A stretch of 64,000 nt of DNA from Brevundimonas sp. GTDB lineage: Bacteria > Pseudomonadota > Alphaproteobacteria > Caulobacterales > Caulobacteraceae. The position numbers were made by a program, and so were the translations under genes. Of this stretch, positions 35,590 through 45,962 are shown in pieces. Under the pieces are notes generated by a model, which was not told the DNA's origin, did not search any database, and saw nothing but the letters and a program-made list of their open reading frames with translations. How positions within the stretch are numbered: position 1 is the first letter of the stretch; each line of letters opens with the position of its first letter. Location: positions 21,833 through 85,832 of the forward strand of contig NZ_JBKBIB010000012.1 in the NCBI RefSeq assembly GCF_046299535.1. The letters are read 5' to 3'.

Positions 35590-36942
35590 TCAGCCCTCGC
35601 CCTTCTGGCGCTTCGCCCAATTCTCCAGCCAGTGAATGTCGTAGTCGCCGGACAGGATGTCGGGCTCGTTCAACAGCTTCTGGAACAGGGGAATTGTGGT
35701 GTCGACGCCGCCAACGACCATCTCGTTCAGGCTGCGCTTGAGGCGGGCGACGCACTCGGCGCGGTCGCGTCCGTGAACGATCAGCTTGCCGATCAGGCTG
35801 TCGTAATAGGGCGGGATCGAATAGCCGGTGTAGATGGCGCTATCCAGCCGCACGCCCAGGCCGCCAGGGGCGTGGAAGTCGTTCACCAGACCCGGCGAGG
35901 GGGTGAAGGTCTCGGAATTCTCGGCGTTGATGCGGACCTCGATGGCGTGGCCTTTGAAGGTGACCTCGTCCTGGGTGAAGCTGAGCGGCTCGCCCGCCGC
36001 GATGCGGATCTGTTCGCGCACCAGATCGACGCCGGTGATCATCTCGGTGACCGGGTGCTCGACCTGCAGACGGGTGTTCATCTCGATGAAGAAGAACTCG
36101 CCGTCCTCCCACAGGAACTCGATGGTGCCGACGCCCAGGTAGCCGATCTTGCCGATGGCCTTGTTGACCGTCTCGCCGATGGCGGCGCGCTCCTTGGCGG
36201 TCAGGGCCGGGGAGGGGGCCTCCTCCAGCACCTTCTGGTGGCGGCGCTGCAGCGAGCAGTCGCGTTCGCCCAGATGGACCACGTTGCCGTGGCTGTCGGC
36301 GATGACCTGGATCTCGATGTGGCGGGGCTTCTGGAGATAGCGCTCCATGTAGACCGCGCCGTTGCCGAAGGCGGCCAAGGCCTCGGACTGGGCGGTCTGG
36401 ACAGCCTCGACCAGATCGTCGGCGGTCAGGGCCACCTTCATGCCGCGTCCGCCGCCGCCCGCCGCCGCCTTGACGATCAGGGGGAAGCCGATGGCCTTTG
36501 ACGCCTCGATGGCGGCTTCGACCGTCTCCACCTCGCCGTCCGAGCCGGGAACGCAGGGGATGCCCGCCTCCAGCACCGTCTGCTTGGCGGTGATCTTGTC
36601 GCCCATGATGCGGATGTGTTCGGGGCGTGGCCCGATGAAGGTCATGCCGTGGGCTTCGACGATCTCGGCGAAGCGGGCGTTTTCGGACAGAAAGCCATAG
36701 CCGGGGTGGATGGCCTGGGCTCCGGTGATCTCGGCCGCGGCGATGATCGAGGGGATGTTCAGATAGGATCTGGCCGCGGGGGCCGGCCCGATGCAGACGC
36801 TCTCGTCGGCCAGACGCACCCACATGGCGCCCCGGTCAGCCTCGGAGTGCACCGCCACGGTGGAGATTCCCATCTCCTTGCAGGCGCGATGGATGCGCAG
36901 GGCGATCTCGCCCCGGTTCGCGATCAGGACCTTGGTGAACAT
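35590..36942 (-). CDS. accC: acetyl-CoA carboxylase biotin carboxylase subunit
   Basis: 450 aa. [20 protein letters not shown]-grasp motifs, [14 protein letters not shown]. Confidence 0.95.
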   Translation of the reverse strand: MFTKVLIANRGEIALRIHRACKEMGISTVAVHSEADRGAMWVRLADESVCIGPAPAARSYLNIPSIIAAAEITGAQAIHPGYGFLSENARFAEIVEAHGMTFIGPRPEHIRIMGDKITAKQTVLEAGIPCVPGSDGEVETVEAAIEASKAIGFPLIVKAAAGGGGRGMKVALTADDLVEAVQTAQSEALAAFGNGAVYMERYLQKPRHIEIQVIADSHGNVVHLGERDCSLQRRHQKVLEEAPSPALTAKERAAIGETVNKAIGKIGYLGVGTIEFLWEDGEFFFIEMNTRLQVEHPVTEMITGVDLVREQIRIAAGEPLSFTQDEVTFKGHAIEVRINAENSETFTPSPGLVNDFHAPGGLGVRLDSAIYTGYSIPPYYDSLIGKLIVHGRDRAECVARLKRSLNEMVVGGVDTTIPLFQKLLNEPDILSGDYDIHWLENWAKRQKGEG

Positions 36943-36945
36943 GAC

Positions 36946-37461
36946 CTACTCCTCGAGCAGGACGAGGGCTTCGCCGAATTCCACCGGCTGGGCGTCGCCG
37001 ACCATGATGTCGACCACCACGCCGTCGCGGGGCGCGGCGATGGGGTTCATGGTCTTCATGGCCTCGACGATCAGCAGGGTCTGGCCCTTCTTGACCTTGT
37101 CGCCCGCCTGCACGAAGGGCGGCGCTTCCGGCGAGGGCTTCAGATAGGCGGTGCCCACCATGGGCGACTTCACCTCTTCGCCCTTGCGCGAGACGATGGT
37201 GGCCGGGTCCGACGGCATGGAGGCGGGCGCAGCAGCCGGGGCCGCGGGCGGGGCGGCCTGAACCGGGGCGGCGGCGTACTGGACCGGGGCGGCGGCCACG
37301 GTCAGTTCGCGGGCCACGCGGATCTTCAGATCGCCGCGCTCAACCTCGATCTCGGTCAGCTCGGTGTCATTGAGGATGTCGGCCAGCTGGCGCACCAACG
37401 CCGTGTCGATTTCGCCCGCCGGGTCGTTCGGCAATTTCTTGTCGGTCTTGCTGTCAGCCAT
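36946..37461 (-). CDS. accB: acetyl-CoA carboxylase biotin carboxyl carrier protein
   Basis: 171 aa. Ala/Pro-rich linker. Biotinylation motif VEAMKTMN. Confidence 0.93.
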   Translation of the reverse strand: MADSKTDKKLPNDPAGEIDTALVRQLADILNDTELTEIEVERGDLKIRVARELTVAAAPVQYAAAPVQAAPPAAPAAAPASMPSDPATIVSRKGEEVKSPMVGTAYLKPSPEAPPFVQAGDKVKKGQTLLIVEAMKTMNPIAAPRDGVVVDIMVGDAQPVEFGEALVLLEE

Positions 37462-37488
37462 GAGGTCGATAAGCCTTCGTGTGAGTCT

Positions 37489-37953
37489 TTAAGAACGAGC
37501 CGAACCGCCGGCGCGTTCCTGCGCCAGCTGCAGGGCGGCCCTGACCGCCAGCTCGTAGCCGTGCGGGCCGAGGCCCGAAATGACGCCGGTCGCAGCCAGC
37601 GAGACATAGGAATGGCGCCGGAATTCCTCCCGCGCCGCCGGATTGCTCAGATGGCACTCAATGACCGGAATGTCCAAGGTCTTGAGCGCATCCAGCAGGG
37701 CAACGGAGGTATGGGTGAAGGCCGCAGGGTTGATGACGAGCGCCGAAGCCTGGTCGCGCGCCTCGTGAATCCAGTCCACCAGTTCGCCCTCGTGGTTGGA
37801 CTGGCGGAAGACGATCTGGGCGTCCGGCGCGGCGGCCCGGCACAGGGTCTCGATGTCGGAAAGGGTCTGACGCCCATAGATTTCCGGCTCGCGCTGCCCA
37901 AGCAGGTTGAGGTTGGGCCCGTTCAGCACATAGATGATGTCAGATCGGGCCAT
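37489..37953 (-). CDS. aroQ: type II 3-dehydroquinate dehydratase
   Basis: Start ATG 37953. [19 protein letters not shown] and [13 protein letters not shown] motifs. Confidence 0.92.
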   Translation of the reverse strand: MARSDIIYVLNGPNLNLLGQREPEIYGRQTLSDIETLCRAAAPDAQIVFRQSNHEGELVDWIHEARDQASALVINPAAFTHTSVALLDALKTLDIPVIECHLSNPAAREEFRRHSYVSLAATGVISGLGPHGYELAVRAALQLAQERAGGSARS

Positions 37954-38042
37954 GGGCTCCGCCGCTCGCGATTCCGGGCGGCCTTTTAGCTGAACGCGCG
38001 GGCGGGGCAAAGTCCGACCGCAGAAGAGGTTGACCTAGCGTC

Positions 38043-38240
38043 ATGCGTATCGAAGTCAACGGCGAACCCCGCGAGGTTGAGGCCGGCACCATCCTCGACC
38101 TGGTCGAGACCCTGGGCCTGAACCCGAAGAAGGTGGCCGTGGAGCGCAATCTGGAGATCGTGCCCCGGTCCCTGCACGGGGAGACGCCGCTGGCGGACGG
38201 CGACCGGATCGAGATCGTGCAACTGGTCGGCGGGGGCTGA
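38043..38240 (+). CDS. thiS: ThiS/MoaD-family sulfur carrier protein
   Basis: 65 aa. MRIEVNGEPREV..., C-terminal GG. Confidence 0.7.
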   Translation: MRIEVNGEPREVEAGTILDLVETLGLNPKKVAVERNLEIVPRSLHGETPLADGDRIEIVQLVGGG

Positions 38241-38269
38241 CCCCCCGCCTTGTCAACCAAGAGTGATCA

Positions 38270-41200
38270 TCAGAACCGGAAGCTCGCACGCAGCAGCAGG
38301 GCGTAGCGGACATAGTCATCCAGGAACTCGGCGTCCGCCTCGACGGCCAGCATGCCCAGGTCGTTGCCGATGTTCAGGCGCAGGCCGACGATGGGACCGC
38401 CGCCTTCAAGGCTGTCAGCCGCCAGGTCGAAGGGCGAACCGCCGCTGAGGAAGCGAGCCGTGGTGACGCCGCCGTCGTGGGAGATGATCTGACGCCAGCC
38501 GACCCGAATTTCGGGCCGTATCCACTGGTTCTCGCCGAAGCCCATGCCGAAGTTTACGGCGGCGGTGGACGAGAAGATGTGGCCCTCACGGTCCCCGATG
38601 GCGAGGTCGAAGCCGTCGCCGCCCCCGCTCTCCTCGAAGCCGTCCTCATTGAGACTGAAGTACTCGACGAGTAATTCGGGACGGAGGCTATAGCGACCGT
38701 AGCTGCGTTCGTAGGACGCGCCCGCGGCGGCCGCGATCGTATAGCCATTCCAGTCTGCGTCGGCGCGTCTCAGGATGCCTTCGCCGACGAACTGTCGCAC
38801 GGATTCGAAGCTGGCGTAGCCGCCTGCGGCCCTGGCCCAGGTGGTCCAGTTGCCGCCCTGTGCGCGCCAGTAGAGGCCCAGTTCGATCAGGCTGGCGGAG
38901 AGGCGTTCTTCCGCCGCTGCGCCCGGTTCTTCAAGGTCAGAGGACGTGAAGGCCGTGGAGACGCCGATCGCTCCAAAGGCGGTGCCCCGCTCGACGCCGC
39001 CGGCGAAGCCGAAGCCCTCGGACTTGAAGCCGTAGGCGTCGCCCGTTTCCTTGTCGGCGTAGAAGTTGATCTCCTGCAGCCAGGCGCTGGTCTCGCCGCG
39101 CGCGGCGCTGTTGTTGCGGCCGGAAAGGGCGCGTGTCACGGCGTCCACGCCAGTGGCCAGGGAAATCAGGGAGCCTCCCGAATGGTCGGGCAGCATCTGT
39201 TCATAGGCGGCCAGCAGGCCTTCCCTGTCATTCTGGTTCAGGAAGGCGTTACGCAACTCTTCGTTGGCGTTCAGCGCATCGTAGACGGCGTTATAAGCCG
39301 CCGCCTCGGACCGGATCATGCCGATCTCCTCGGAGGTGCGCCGGCGCACATCCAGATAGACCTGGCCGGCAGCTTCATCCGCTCCGGCCTCGACCACAAA
39401 GAGGAACGGCGAATTCTCTTCAAGGGAGGTTTCGTCGATGGCTCCGAAATTCAGATCGCCAGCCTCGATCACCACATAACGGGCAGGATCGTCCACCAAA
39501 GAGGTGAAGCGCGCCCCCAACCCCGCCCCGTCCGCGAAACTGGCTGTCCCTGACACATTGAACCCGCCCGATGTGTTCGCCGCGGGATCGATGGTAATGA
39601 TCAGATCCCCGTCGGCGCCGATAGACAGGCTGCTGATGTCGAGGGCTGTCGCCTGTCGGGCGTCCAGAAGACCGCCAGACACGTCGATCGAGAGGAGACC
39701 GCCTGTGGCCGACAAGGCGCCGCGAACCTCGGCGTCGCCACTGATCAGCAGCGTGTCGGCGCCGGACCCGAAGTCGATGTCGCCGAAGACGAATCCATCA
39801 CGGATATCGACCCTGTCCGCCCCGGAACCGAGCAGAATGTCGCCGCTGATTACCGGAGACGTGATGCCGTTGGCCGGAGGGTTTTCCGGATCTGTAACCA
39901 GAACCAGCTGTGTCAGGTTTACACCGGTGGTGTTTGCCCTGACGTCGATAGCGATACGATCGCCGGTCGGTTGTTGAGCTTCCCCGTCCTCATTCGTGAC
40001 ACCGATCGTGAGGGCTTGAATGACCCCGATATTTTCGATGGTGCTGAGAGACCCGCTGAGATCGCGGATGCCGACGGCGTCGCCGGTCACGCCTGTCAGG
40101 CCAGCCTGGATACGACCGGAATTGTAGAGAGACGGCAACTGGGCGCCGGCCTCAATGAGCAACACCGTGGCTTCATGAGCGCCGTCGCTGATGCTCGTGC
40201 TGGTGAGGGTGCCAGAATTATAGAATTCAGGTGTCTGGGCCCCGTCGGCGAATCGGATCGCCGTTGAACTGGCCTCGCGGGATCGCGCCTCGACGCCCCC
40301 TTCATTGCGGAAGCCGCCCTCTATCGTGACGCCCTGTCCCCCGGCAACGCCGACCAGAACGCCGGTAGCTTCGAAACCATCGTAAACGCCATTGGCGACG
40401 ATTCCACCACGATTGATGAAGCCGTATGCGCTGTCGTCTGCCCCGATCAGGCCCAAGGTTATGCCGCGCTCAGTTGAGCCGATTTCAAGCGCGGGCGACG
40501 ATCCGAAACTGGTGATGGTGGCGGTCGTCTGCTCGGCGTCGGGAACGCCGTCCCCGTCGGTATCGGGGTTCTCGTCATCATCATCATCGTCATCTTCAAC
40601 CGGCGGGGCGACAGTCGCCAGCAGAACCCCTCCAGCGATATCGCTGGCGATGCGAACCGCCGGTCCCCCAATCAAAAGATCATCAGCGTCCAGTGCGTCC
40701 AGAGCCGTCTGATTGGCTGACCGGGTTGTGTAACGGAAGCCGGTCGCCGCGATATTTCCATCAATGCGAAGGGCGCCGTCGACATCGCCCTCAACAGAAA
40801 GGCCGACGGAGTTCTCTCCCTGAACGGTGATACTGCCGCCGATCCACATATCGCCCGCAACGTCTCCGGTGCTACGGACGCCGTATGACCCGTCTCCCGT
40901 GACCGATATCGAGCCACGCGAAACCAGGTCTCCGGTCAGCCCGGTTTCGTTGGAAATTCCGTAGGAATTGTTTCCCTCCACGCGGATGGCGCCCTGGCGG
41001 CCGAGCGTGAGGTCGCCTGTAATTACCTCAGTTCCGGCGAGACGAATGCCGTAGCGATTCTCGCCGAGGGCGAAGGGACCATCAAGATCGCCGTCCTCGT
41101 CATCGTCCTTGGGCGTATAGTCTTCCGAAACTTCGATCAGCCCGTTGACAGTTATGGAGCCTGCGCGTCCCCCCTGGGCCAGGATCGCTGTCGCGCCGTT

Positions 41201-41458
41201 GGCGGCGTTTTCCATCACGATGGATCCACCCTGGTTGACCGTGATGTCGTGGTCAGAGTTCATCGTCGCCGCCACGCCGGACGAAACACGAATGGATCCG
41301 CCGTTCGCGATGATCACATTATCCGCTGCGCCATTGTTGGCGTTCGCAGTCAGGATCGGGGTCGTGCGCGAATTGGAGATGGTTGTGTCGGCGTGGGCGG
41401 CGCCGGCGGCGATGGCGAGAGGTGCGAGCGCGACGGCGGTCGCGAGCAATTTACGCAT
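38270..41458 (-). CDS. autotransporter outer-membrane protein (beta-helical passenger plus C-terminal beta-barrel)
   Basis: Signal peptide MRKLLATAVALAPLAIAAGAAHA. Gly/Asp/Ser/Thr-rich repetitive passenger. EDDDDDDENPDTDGDGVPD calcium-binding-like insert. C-terminal ~280 aa have alternating-hydrophobic strands ending LLLRASFRF. Confidence 0.85.
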   Translation of the reverse strand: MRKLLATAVALAPLAIAAGAAHADTTISNSRTTPILTANANNGAADNVIIANGGSIRVSSGVAATMNSDHDITVNQGGSIVMENAANGATAILAQGGRAGSITVNGLIEVSEDYTPKDDDEDGDLDGPFALGENRYGIRLAGTEVITGDLTLGRQGAIRVEGNNSYGISNETGLTGDLVSRGSISVTGDGSYGVRSTGDVAGDMWIGGSITVQGENSVGLSVEGDVDGALRIDGNIAATGFRYTTRSANQTALDALDADDLLIGGPAVRIASDIAGGVLLATVAPPVEDDDDDDDENPDTDGDGVPDAEQTTATITSFGSSPALEIGSTERGITLGLIGADDSAYGFINRGGIVANGVYDGFEATGVLVGVAGGQGVTIEGGFRNEGGVEARSREASSTAIRFADGAQTPEFYNSGTLTSTSISDGAHEATVLLIEAGAQLPSLYNSGRIQAGLTGVTGDAVGIRDLSGSLSTIENIGVIQALTIGVTNEDGEAQQPTGDRIAIDVRANTTGVNLTQLVLVTDPENPPANGITSPVISGDILLGSGADRVDIRDGFVFGDIDFGSGADTLLISGDAEVRGALSATGGLLSIDVSGGLLDARQATALDISSLSIGADGDLIITIDPAANTSGGFNVSGTASFADGAGLGARFTSLVDDPARYVVIEAGDLNFGAIDETSLEENSPFLFVVEAGADEAAGQVYLDVRRRTSEEIGMIRSEAAAYNAVYDALNANEELRNAFLNQNDREGLLAAYEQMLPDHSGGSLISLATGVDAVTRALSGRNNSAARGETSAWLQEINFYADKETGDAYGFKSEGFGFAGGVERGTAFGAIGVSTAFTSSDLEEPGAAAEERLSASLIELGLYWRAQGGNWTTWARAAGGYASFESVRQFVGEGILRRADADWNGYTIAAAAGASYERSYGRYSLRPELLVEYFSLNEDGFEESGGGDGFDLAIGDREGHIFSSTAAVNFGMGFGENQWIRPEIRVGWRQIISHDGGVTTARFLSGGSPFDLAADSLEGGGPIVGLRLNIGNDLGMLAVEADAEFLDDYVRYALLLRASFRF

Positions 41459-41805
41459 GGATTAAGAACCTCTTGGTGACGCGCGCCCGATACAGTCTGG
41501 CCCCGAGTACGGGACCGAACGGTATGCCCCAAGTTTCTCGAATTTGAGGCGATTGCAAGGCCGACATCCCTCATAGCGGTGATGAGGCTGACGTGCAAAG
41601 CGGCAGCGTCCAGAAAGCTTGACCATCGTCCGCGTCAGGCGCACGCATCCATCATTCACGCTTTGCGTTGAGCCTCGTCGTGAAGGCGGAGCAGGAAATG
41701 ATCGACGTCCAGGAAAGCGAAGTCCAACTAATTCCCGGTCGGGACGAGAAGGTCGCGAATACCTTCAGCACGGTGAAGGGCGCCTCCTCCGATCCCGGAA
41801 TCCGC

Positions 41806-42933
41806 ATGGTCGACACCACCATGTTGTATGCGCCCCGTTCGGGAGGGGTGAAGCGGTATCTGCTGGCCAAAAAAAGCTGGCTTGAAGCGAATCGTCCCGA
41901 GGTGGCGCACACCTTGATTGTGCCAGGCGCCCGATACCACGCCAGGCCGGGCCTGCTCACATTGCAGGCGCCGAAACTGCCTTTCGGAGACGGCTATCGA
42001 TGGCCCTCGTCCATCAAGCGCTGGAGCGCCTGGGTCGCGGCGACGCGGCCACATCTCATTGAGGCCGGAGATCCCTATACACCCGGTCAGGCGGCCCTGG
42101 AGGCCGGTCAAAGGGCGGGCTGCCCCGTGATCGGCTTCTGTCACTCGGATCCGGCGGCCCTTGCGGCGCTGCATTTCGGGGAGTGGGCGAAAAAGCCGGT
42201 GGAGAAGCGCTGGTCAAAGCTGTTCTCACAGTTCGATCGGGTGGTGTCGCCCAGCCGCTACATCGCCCGCCGGCTGGAAGAGGCGAAGGTGCCCAACATC
42301 GTGGTCCAGCCCCTGGGGGTGGAGGTCGACACCTTCCGTCCGGACCGGGCGGACCGGGCCGGGCTCCTGAAGCAACTGGGCCTGAAGTCCGATGCCCGGT
42401 TGCTGGTGTTCGCCGGTCGACCGGCGCGTGAGAAGAACATCGACGTCCTGATCGGGGCTGTGCAGAAGCTTGGCGCGCCCTATCATCTGGTGCTTGTGGG
42501 CGCGGGCATGGGCCTGCCTCGCGAGGATCGGGTGATCTCGCTCCCCTACGAATCCGATCCGAAGGCCGTGGCCCGGATCGTGGCCAGCTGTGACGCCTTC
42601 GTGCACGCCAACGACCGCGAGCCCTTCGGGCTGATCGTGCTGGAGGCCATGGCTTGCGGCAGGGCGGTCGTGGGGGTGAACTCCGGCGGCGTCGCGGAGA
42701 CTGTTGACCGGGAGGTGGGGGAATTGGCTGACGCGGCCGAACCCGGCGCCTTTGCGGCCGCCGTTGAGGCCCTGTTCCAACGGGACGTGGAGGCCATCGG
42801 CCAGGCGGCCCGGGTGCGGGCGGTGGAGCGATTCGCCTGGGGCCGGGTCTTCGAGGACCTGTGCATGACCTACGGCGACGTCAGCGGCCAGGCCGCGTTC
42901 GTTCAGCCGGACGAAGGCTATCCGGTTCACTGA
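41806..42933 (+). CDS. family 4 (GT-B, GT1 clan) glycosyltransferase
   Basis: Start chosen at ATG 41806 (MVDTTMLYAPRSGGVKRY). EX7E region EPFGLIVLEAMACG. The longer ORF from 41668 is possible. Confidence 0.8.
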   Translation: MVDTTMLYAPRSGGVKRYLLAKKSWLEANRPEVAHTLIVPGARYHARPGLLTLQAPKLPFGDGYRWPSSIKRWSAWVAATRPHLIEAGDPYTPGQAALEAGQRAGCPVIGFCHSDPAALAALHFGEWAKKPVEKRWSKLFSQFDRVVSPSRYIARRLEEAKVPNIVVQPLGVEVDTFRPDRADRAGLLKQLGLKSDARLLVFAGRPAREKNIDVLIGAVQKLGAPYHLVLVGAGMGLPREDRVISLPYESDPKAVARIVASCDAFVHANDREPFGLIVLEAMACGRAVVGVNSGGVAETVDREVGELADAAEPGAFAAAVEALFQRDVEAIGQAARVRAVERFAWGRVFEDLCMTYGDVSGQAAFVQPDEGYPVH

Positions 42934-43043
42934 CGGCTGCTGGACAATTGCCCTTGTCTTGCGGTGTCCACCCGTCGCCGCGCCGCAAGGCGGGGACTGA
43001 TCCTGAAGGGAATTGAAAAGCGCCATTCCTTCGAAAGAAGGAA

Positions 43044-43120
43044 TGGCGCGAGTGACGGGGCTCGAACCCGCGACCTCCGGCGTGACAGGCCGGCACTCTA
43101 ACCAACTGAGCTACACCCGC
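43044..43120 (-). tRNA. tRNA-Asp (anticodon GUC)
   Basis: Minus strand reads GCGGGTGTAGCTCAGTTGGTTAGAGTGCCGGCCTGTCACGCCGGAGGTCGCGGGTTCGAGCCCCGTCACTCGCGCCA. A GC hairpin (43019..43049) overlaps the 3' end. Confidence 0.92.
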
Positions 43121-43213
43121 GTATTCCTCCGCCGCGATGCGAAGCAGTGCGTCGCGGCGAGGGGCGTCGTTTAGGCGGCGCCCCTCGCGCCGTCAAGCGG
43201 CTGAGCGACGAAA

Positions 43214-44833
43214 TTACCGCGCTTCGGACTCCGGCGCGGCCGGCCCCACCGGATTGACCACCTGGGAGGCCTCAGCCGGGGTGGGGATATCGTAGTGCAC
43301 GCCGACTCCGGGGCCCAGCGGCAGGGCCATGGCGGCCCAGGCGCCGGTCATCAGGGTGCCGAAGATCATGAAGACGAGGGAGTAGGGGACCATCAGCGCC
43401 ATCAGGCTGCCCAGACCGAAATCCTTGTCCCACCGCTGGCAGAAGGCCAGCACCAGCGGGAAATAGACCATCAGGGGCGTGACGATATTGGTGACCGAAT
43501 CGCCCATGCGATAGGCGGCGGTGGTCATCTCCGGGCTGATTCCCAGCAGCATCAGCATGGGGACCAGCACCGGGGCGAGCATGGCCCACTTTGCGGCCGC
43601 CGAGCCCACGAACAGGTTGATGAAGCCGCTGACCAGAACCAGGGCTACCAGCAGGCCGAAGGTGTTCAGGCCGGACTGGCTGATGACCTCGGCGCCGCCG
43701 ATGGCCATGATCGCCCCGAGGTTGGACCAGTTGAACATGGCCACGAAGTGGGCCGCCACGAAGGCCAACACCACATATGGGGCCATGTCGGCCATGGCCT
43801 GGGAGGTCATGCGGACGATGTCGCGGTGGGTCTTCACCGTGCCCGCGGCGACGCCGTAGGCCGCGCCGGTGGCGATGAACAGGGTGAAGAAGGCTGCGAC
43901 GAGGGAATTGAAGAAGGGGGCCATGCGGGCGGCGGGATCCGCGCCTTCAGGGTCGTAAAGGGGCGCGCCAGGGGCCAGCAGCATGGCGGCCCAGGCGCCG
44001 ATCACCAGAAGCAGGATCAGGCCCGCCCAGATCAGGCCCTTGCGCTCGCGCGGGCCCAGTTCGCCTTCCTCAAGCTTGATGGGTGCATCGGCGGAGGGCG
44101 TCCACTTGCCCAGACGGGGTTCGATGATCTTGTCCGTCACCCACCAGCCCAGCGGAACGAACATGAAGGTCATGGCGACGATGAAGAACCAGTTCCCGGC
44201 CGGGTTCATCTGCCAGGAGGGATCGATCAGGTGTGCGGCGGTCTCGGTGATACCCAGAAGCAGTACATCCAGCTGCCCGGGGACGATATTGGACGAGAAC
44301 GCTGCGGAGACCCCGGCGAAGGCGGCGGAAATGCCGACGATGGGGTGACGGCCCGCTGCCGCGTAGAGAACACCGGCCAGTGGTACGAGGACCACATAGC
44401 CCGCATCCACCGCGTGGCTGCTGAGTATAGCGATGAAAATGACGATGGGGGTAAGAAGGGAGGTCGGCGCCCGGCGCACTCCCGCGCGCATGGCGGCGGA
44501 GAAGAGGCCGGTTCGTTCGGCCACGCCGGCGCCGAGCATGACGACCAGCACATAACCCAGAGGGGCGAAGCCGGTCAGGGTGCGCGGCATCTCCACCAGC
44601 AGCCGACGGAGATTTTCCGACGACAGCAAATTTTCAGCGATGATGGGTTCGGCGGTGATGGGGTTCACCGCAGCCCAACCGGACCAGGCGGCGAAGACGC
44701 TGACGCCCATAAGGATGGCGATCAGCCAGACGAAAATGAACACCGGGTCGGGCAGCTTGTTGCCCGCCTTCTCGATGCCGTTCAGCAGCCAGTTGCCAAT
44801 GCCCATACGCCCGTTTTCCCGATCTTCGGCCAT
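43214..44833 (-). CDS. AbgT-family (p-aminobenzoyl-glutamate/antimetabolite) transporter
   Basis: 539 aa polytopic protein. N-terminus NWLLNGIEKAGNKLPDPVFIFVWL is typical of AbgT/MtrF proteins. Confidence 0.8.
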   Translation of the reverse strand: MAEDRENGRMGIGNWLLNGIEKAGNKLPDPVFIFVWLIAILMGVSVFAAWSGWAAVNPITAEPIIAENLLSSENLRRLLVEMPRTLTGFAPLGYVLVVMLGAGVAERTGLFSAAMRAGVRRAPTSLLTPIVIFIAILSSHAVDAGYVVLVPLAGVLYAAAGRHPIVGISAAFAGVSAAFSSNIVPGQLDVLLLGITETAAHLIDPSWQMNPAGNWFFIVAMTFMFVPLGWWVTDKIIEPRLGKWTPSADAPIKLEEGELGPRERKGLIWAGLILLLVIGAWAAMLLAPGAPLYDPEGADPAARMAPFFNSLVAAFFTLFIATGAAYGVAAGTVKTHRDIVRMTSQAMADMAPYVVLAFVAAHFVAMFNWSNLGAIMAIGGAEVISQSGLNTFGLLVALVLVSGFINLFVGSAAAKWAMLAPVLVPMLMLLGISPEMTTAAYRMGDSVTNIVTPLMVYFPLVLAFCQRWDKDFGLGSLMALMVPYSLVFMIFGTLMTGAWAAMALPLGPGVGVHYDIPTPAEASQVVNPVGPAAPESEAR

Positions 44834-44994
44834 TGAAGCCTGTTCCGGCCAAAGGGAGAGGCGTTAAGGTGAAAAATCAACCCTCAAGGTTGCGAACCAT
44901 TCTCAATGAATTCCTTGCGCGACATGGGTTTGAACCATTGGCGTCTTGGGTCTAGAAGACGCGCGAATCCGCCGCCTCCCCCGGCGAACCAGGC

Positions 44995-45381
44995 GTGGTC
45001 TCGATGAACGAATTTTTGCTGGAATATCTGCCGATCGTGGTCTTCTTCGGGATCGCGACGGTGCTTGGCCTCGGCTTCATGCTCGCCGCCTGGGTGCTGG
45101 CGCCCAAGAATCCCGACACCGAGAAGCTGTCCGCCTACGAATGCGGCTTCAACGCCTTCGACGATGCGCGGATGAAGTTCGATGTGCGGTTCTATCTGGT
45201 GTCGATCCTGTTCATCATCTTCGATCTGGAAATCGCCTTCCTGTTCCCTTGGGCGGTGGCGATGATGGGCATGCCGGGCGAGCACATGGTGTTCGCCTTC
45301 TGGTCGATGATGGTGTTCCTGGGCGTGCTGACCATCGGGTTCCTTTACGAATGGAAGAAGGGGGCTCTGGAATGGCAGTGA
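44995..45381 (+). CDS. nuoA: NADH-quinone oxidoreductase subunit A
   Basis: GTG 44995 (alternative ATG 45004: [14 protein letters not shown]). YECGF motif. Three TM helices. Confidence 0.92.
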   Translation: MVSMNEFLLEYLPIVVFFGIATVLGLGFMLAAWVLAPKNPDTEKLSAYECGFNAFDDARMKFDVRFYLVSILFIIFDLEIAFLFPWAVAMMGMPGEHMVFAFWSMMVFLGVLTIGFLYEWKKGALEWQ

Positions 45382-45962
45382 CCGCCAAGACGGCCTCGGG
45401 TCTGGTTGTGCCGCCTGCATACGGCGCCGGCGCGCGCTCCACGGTCGAGGGATATGACCCCGCCAAGCACGACCGGTTCTTCGAACAGGTCAGCGACGAG
45501 CTGGACCAGCGCGGCTTCATCACCGCGCCGCTGGACGACGTCATCACCTGGGCCCGCACCGGCAGCCTGATGTGGATGACGTTCGGCCTGGCGTGCTGCG
45601 CCGTGGAGATGATGCAGGCGTCCATGCCGCGCTACGACATGGAGCGCTTCGGCATGGCTCCGCGCGCCAGTCCGCGTCAGTCGGACTTGATGATCGTGGC
45701 CGGCACCCTGACCAACAAGATGGCTCCGGCTTTGCGCAAGGTTTACGACCAGATGCCGGACCCGCGTTACGTGCTGTCCATGGGTTCCTGCGCCAACGGC
45801 GGCGGGTATTATCACTATAGTTACAGTGTTGTTCGCGGCTGTGACCGCGTTGTGCCTGTGGACGTCTATGTGCCGGGGTGCCCGCCGACGGCGGAGGCGC
45901 TGCTGTACGGGCTTCTGCAGCTGCAGAAGAAGATCCGCCGCACCGGGACGATCGACCGATGA
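45372..45962 (+). CDS. nuoB: NADH-quinone oxidoreductase subunit B
   Basis: ATG 45372. [23 protein letters not shown] motifs (cluster N2 ligands). Confidence 0.95.
   Translation: MAVTAKTASGLVVPPAYGAGARSTVEGYDPAKHDRFFEQVSDELDQRGFITAPLDDVITWARTGSLMWMTFGLACCAVEMMQASMPRYDMERFGMAPRASPRQSDLMIVAGTLTNKMAPALRKVYDQMPDPRYVLSMGSCANGGGYYHYSYSVVRGCDRVVPVDVYVPGCPPTAEALLYGLLQLQKKIRRTGTIDR

Noticed and set aside
37954-38042. TPP riboswitch upstream of thiS.
   Set aside because: The interval is only 88 nt and lacks the conserved CUGAGA / pyrimidine-sensor helix sequences.
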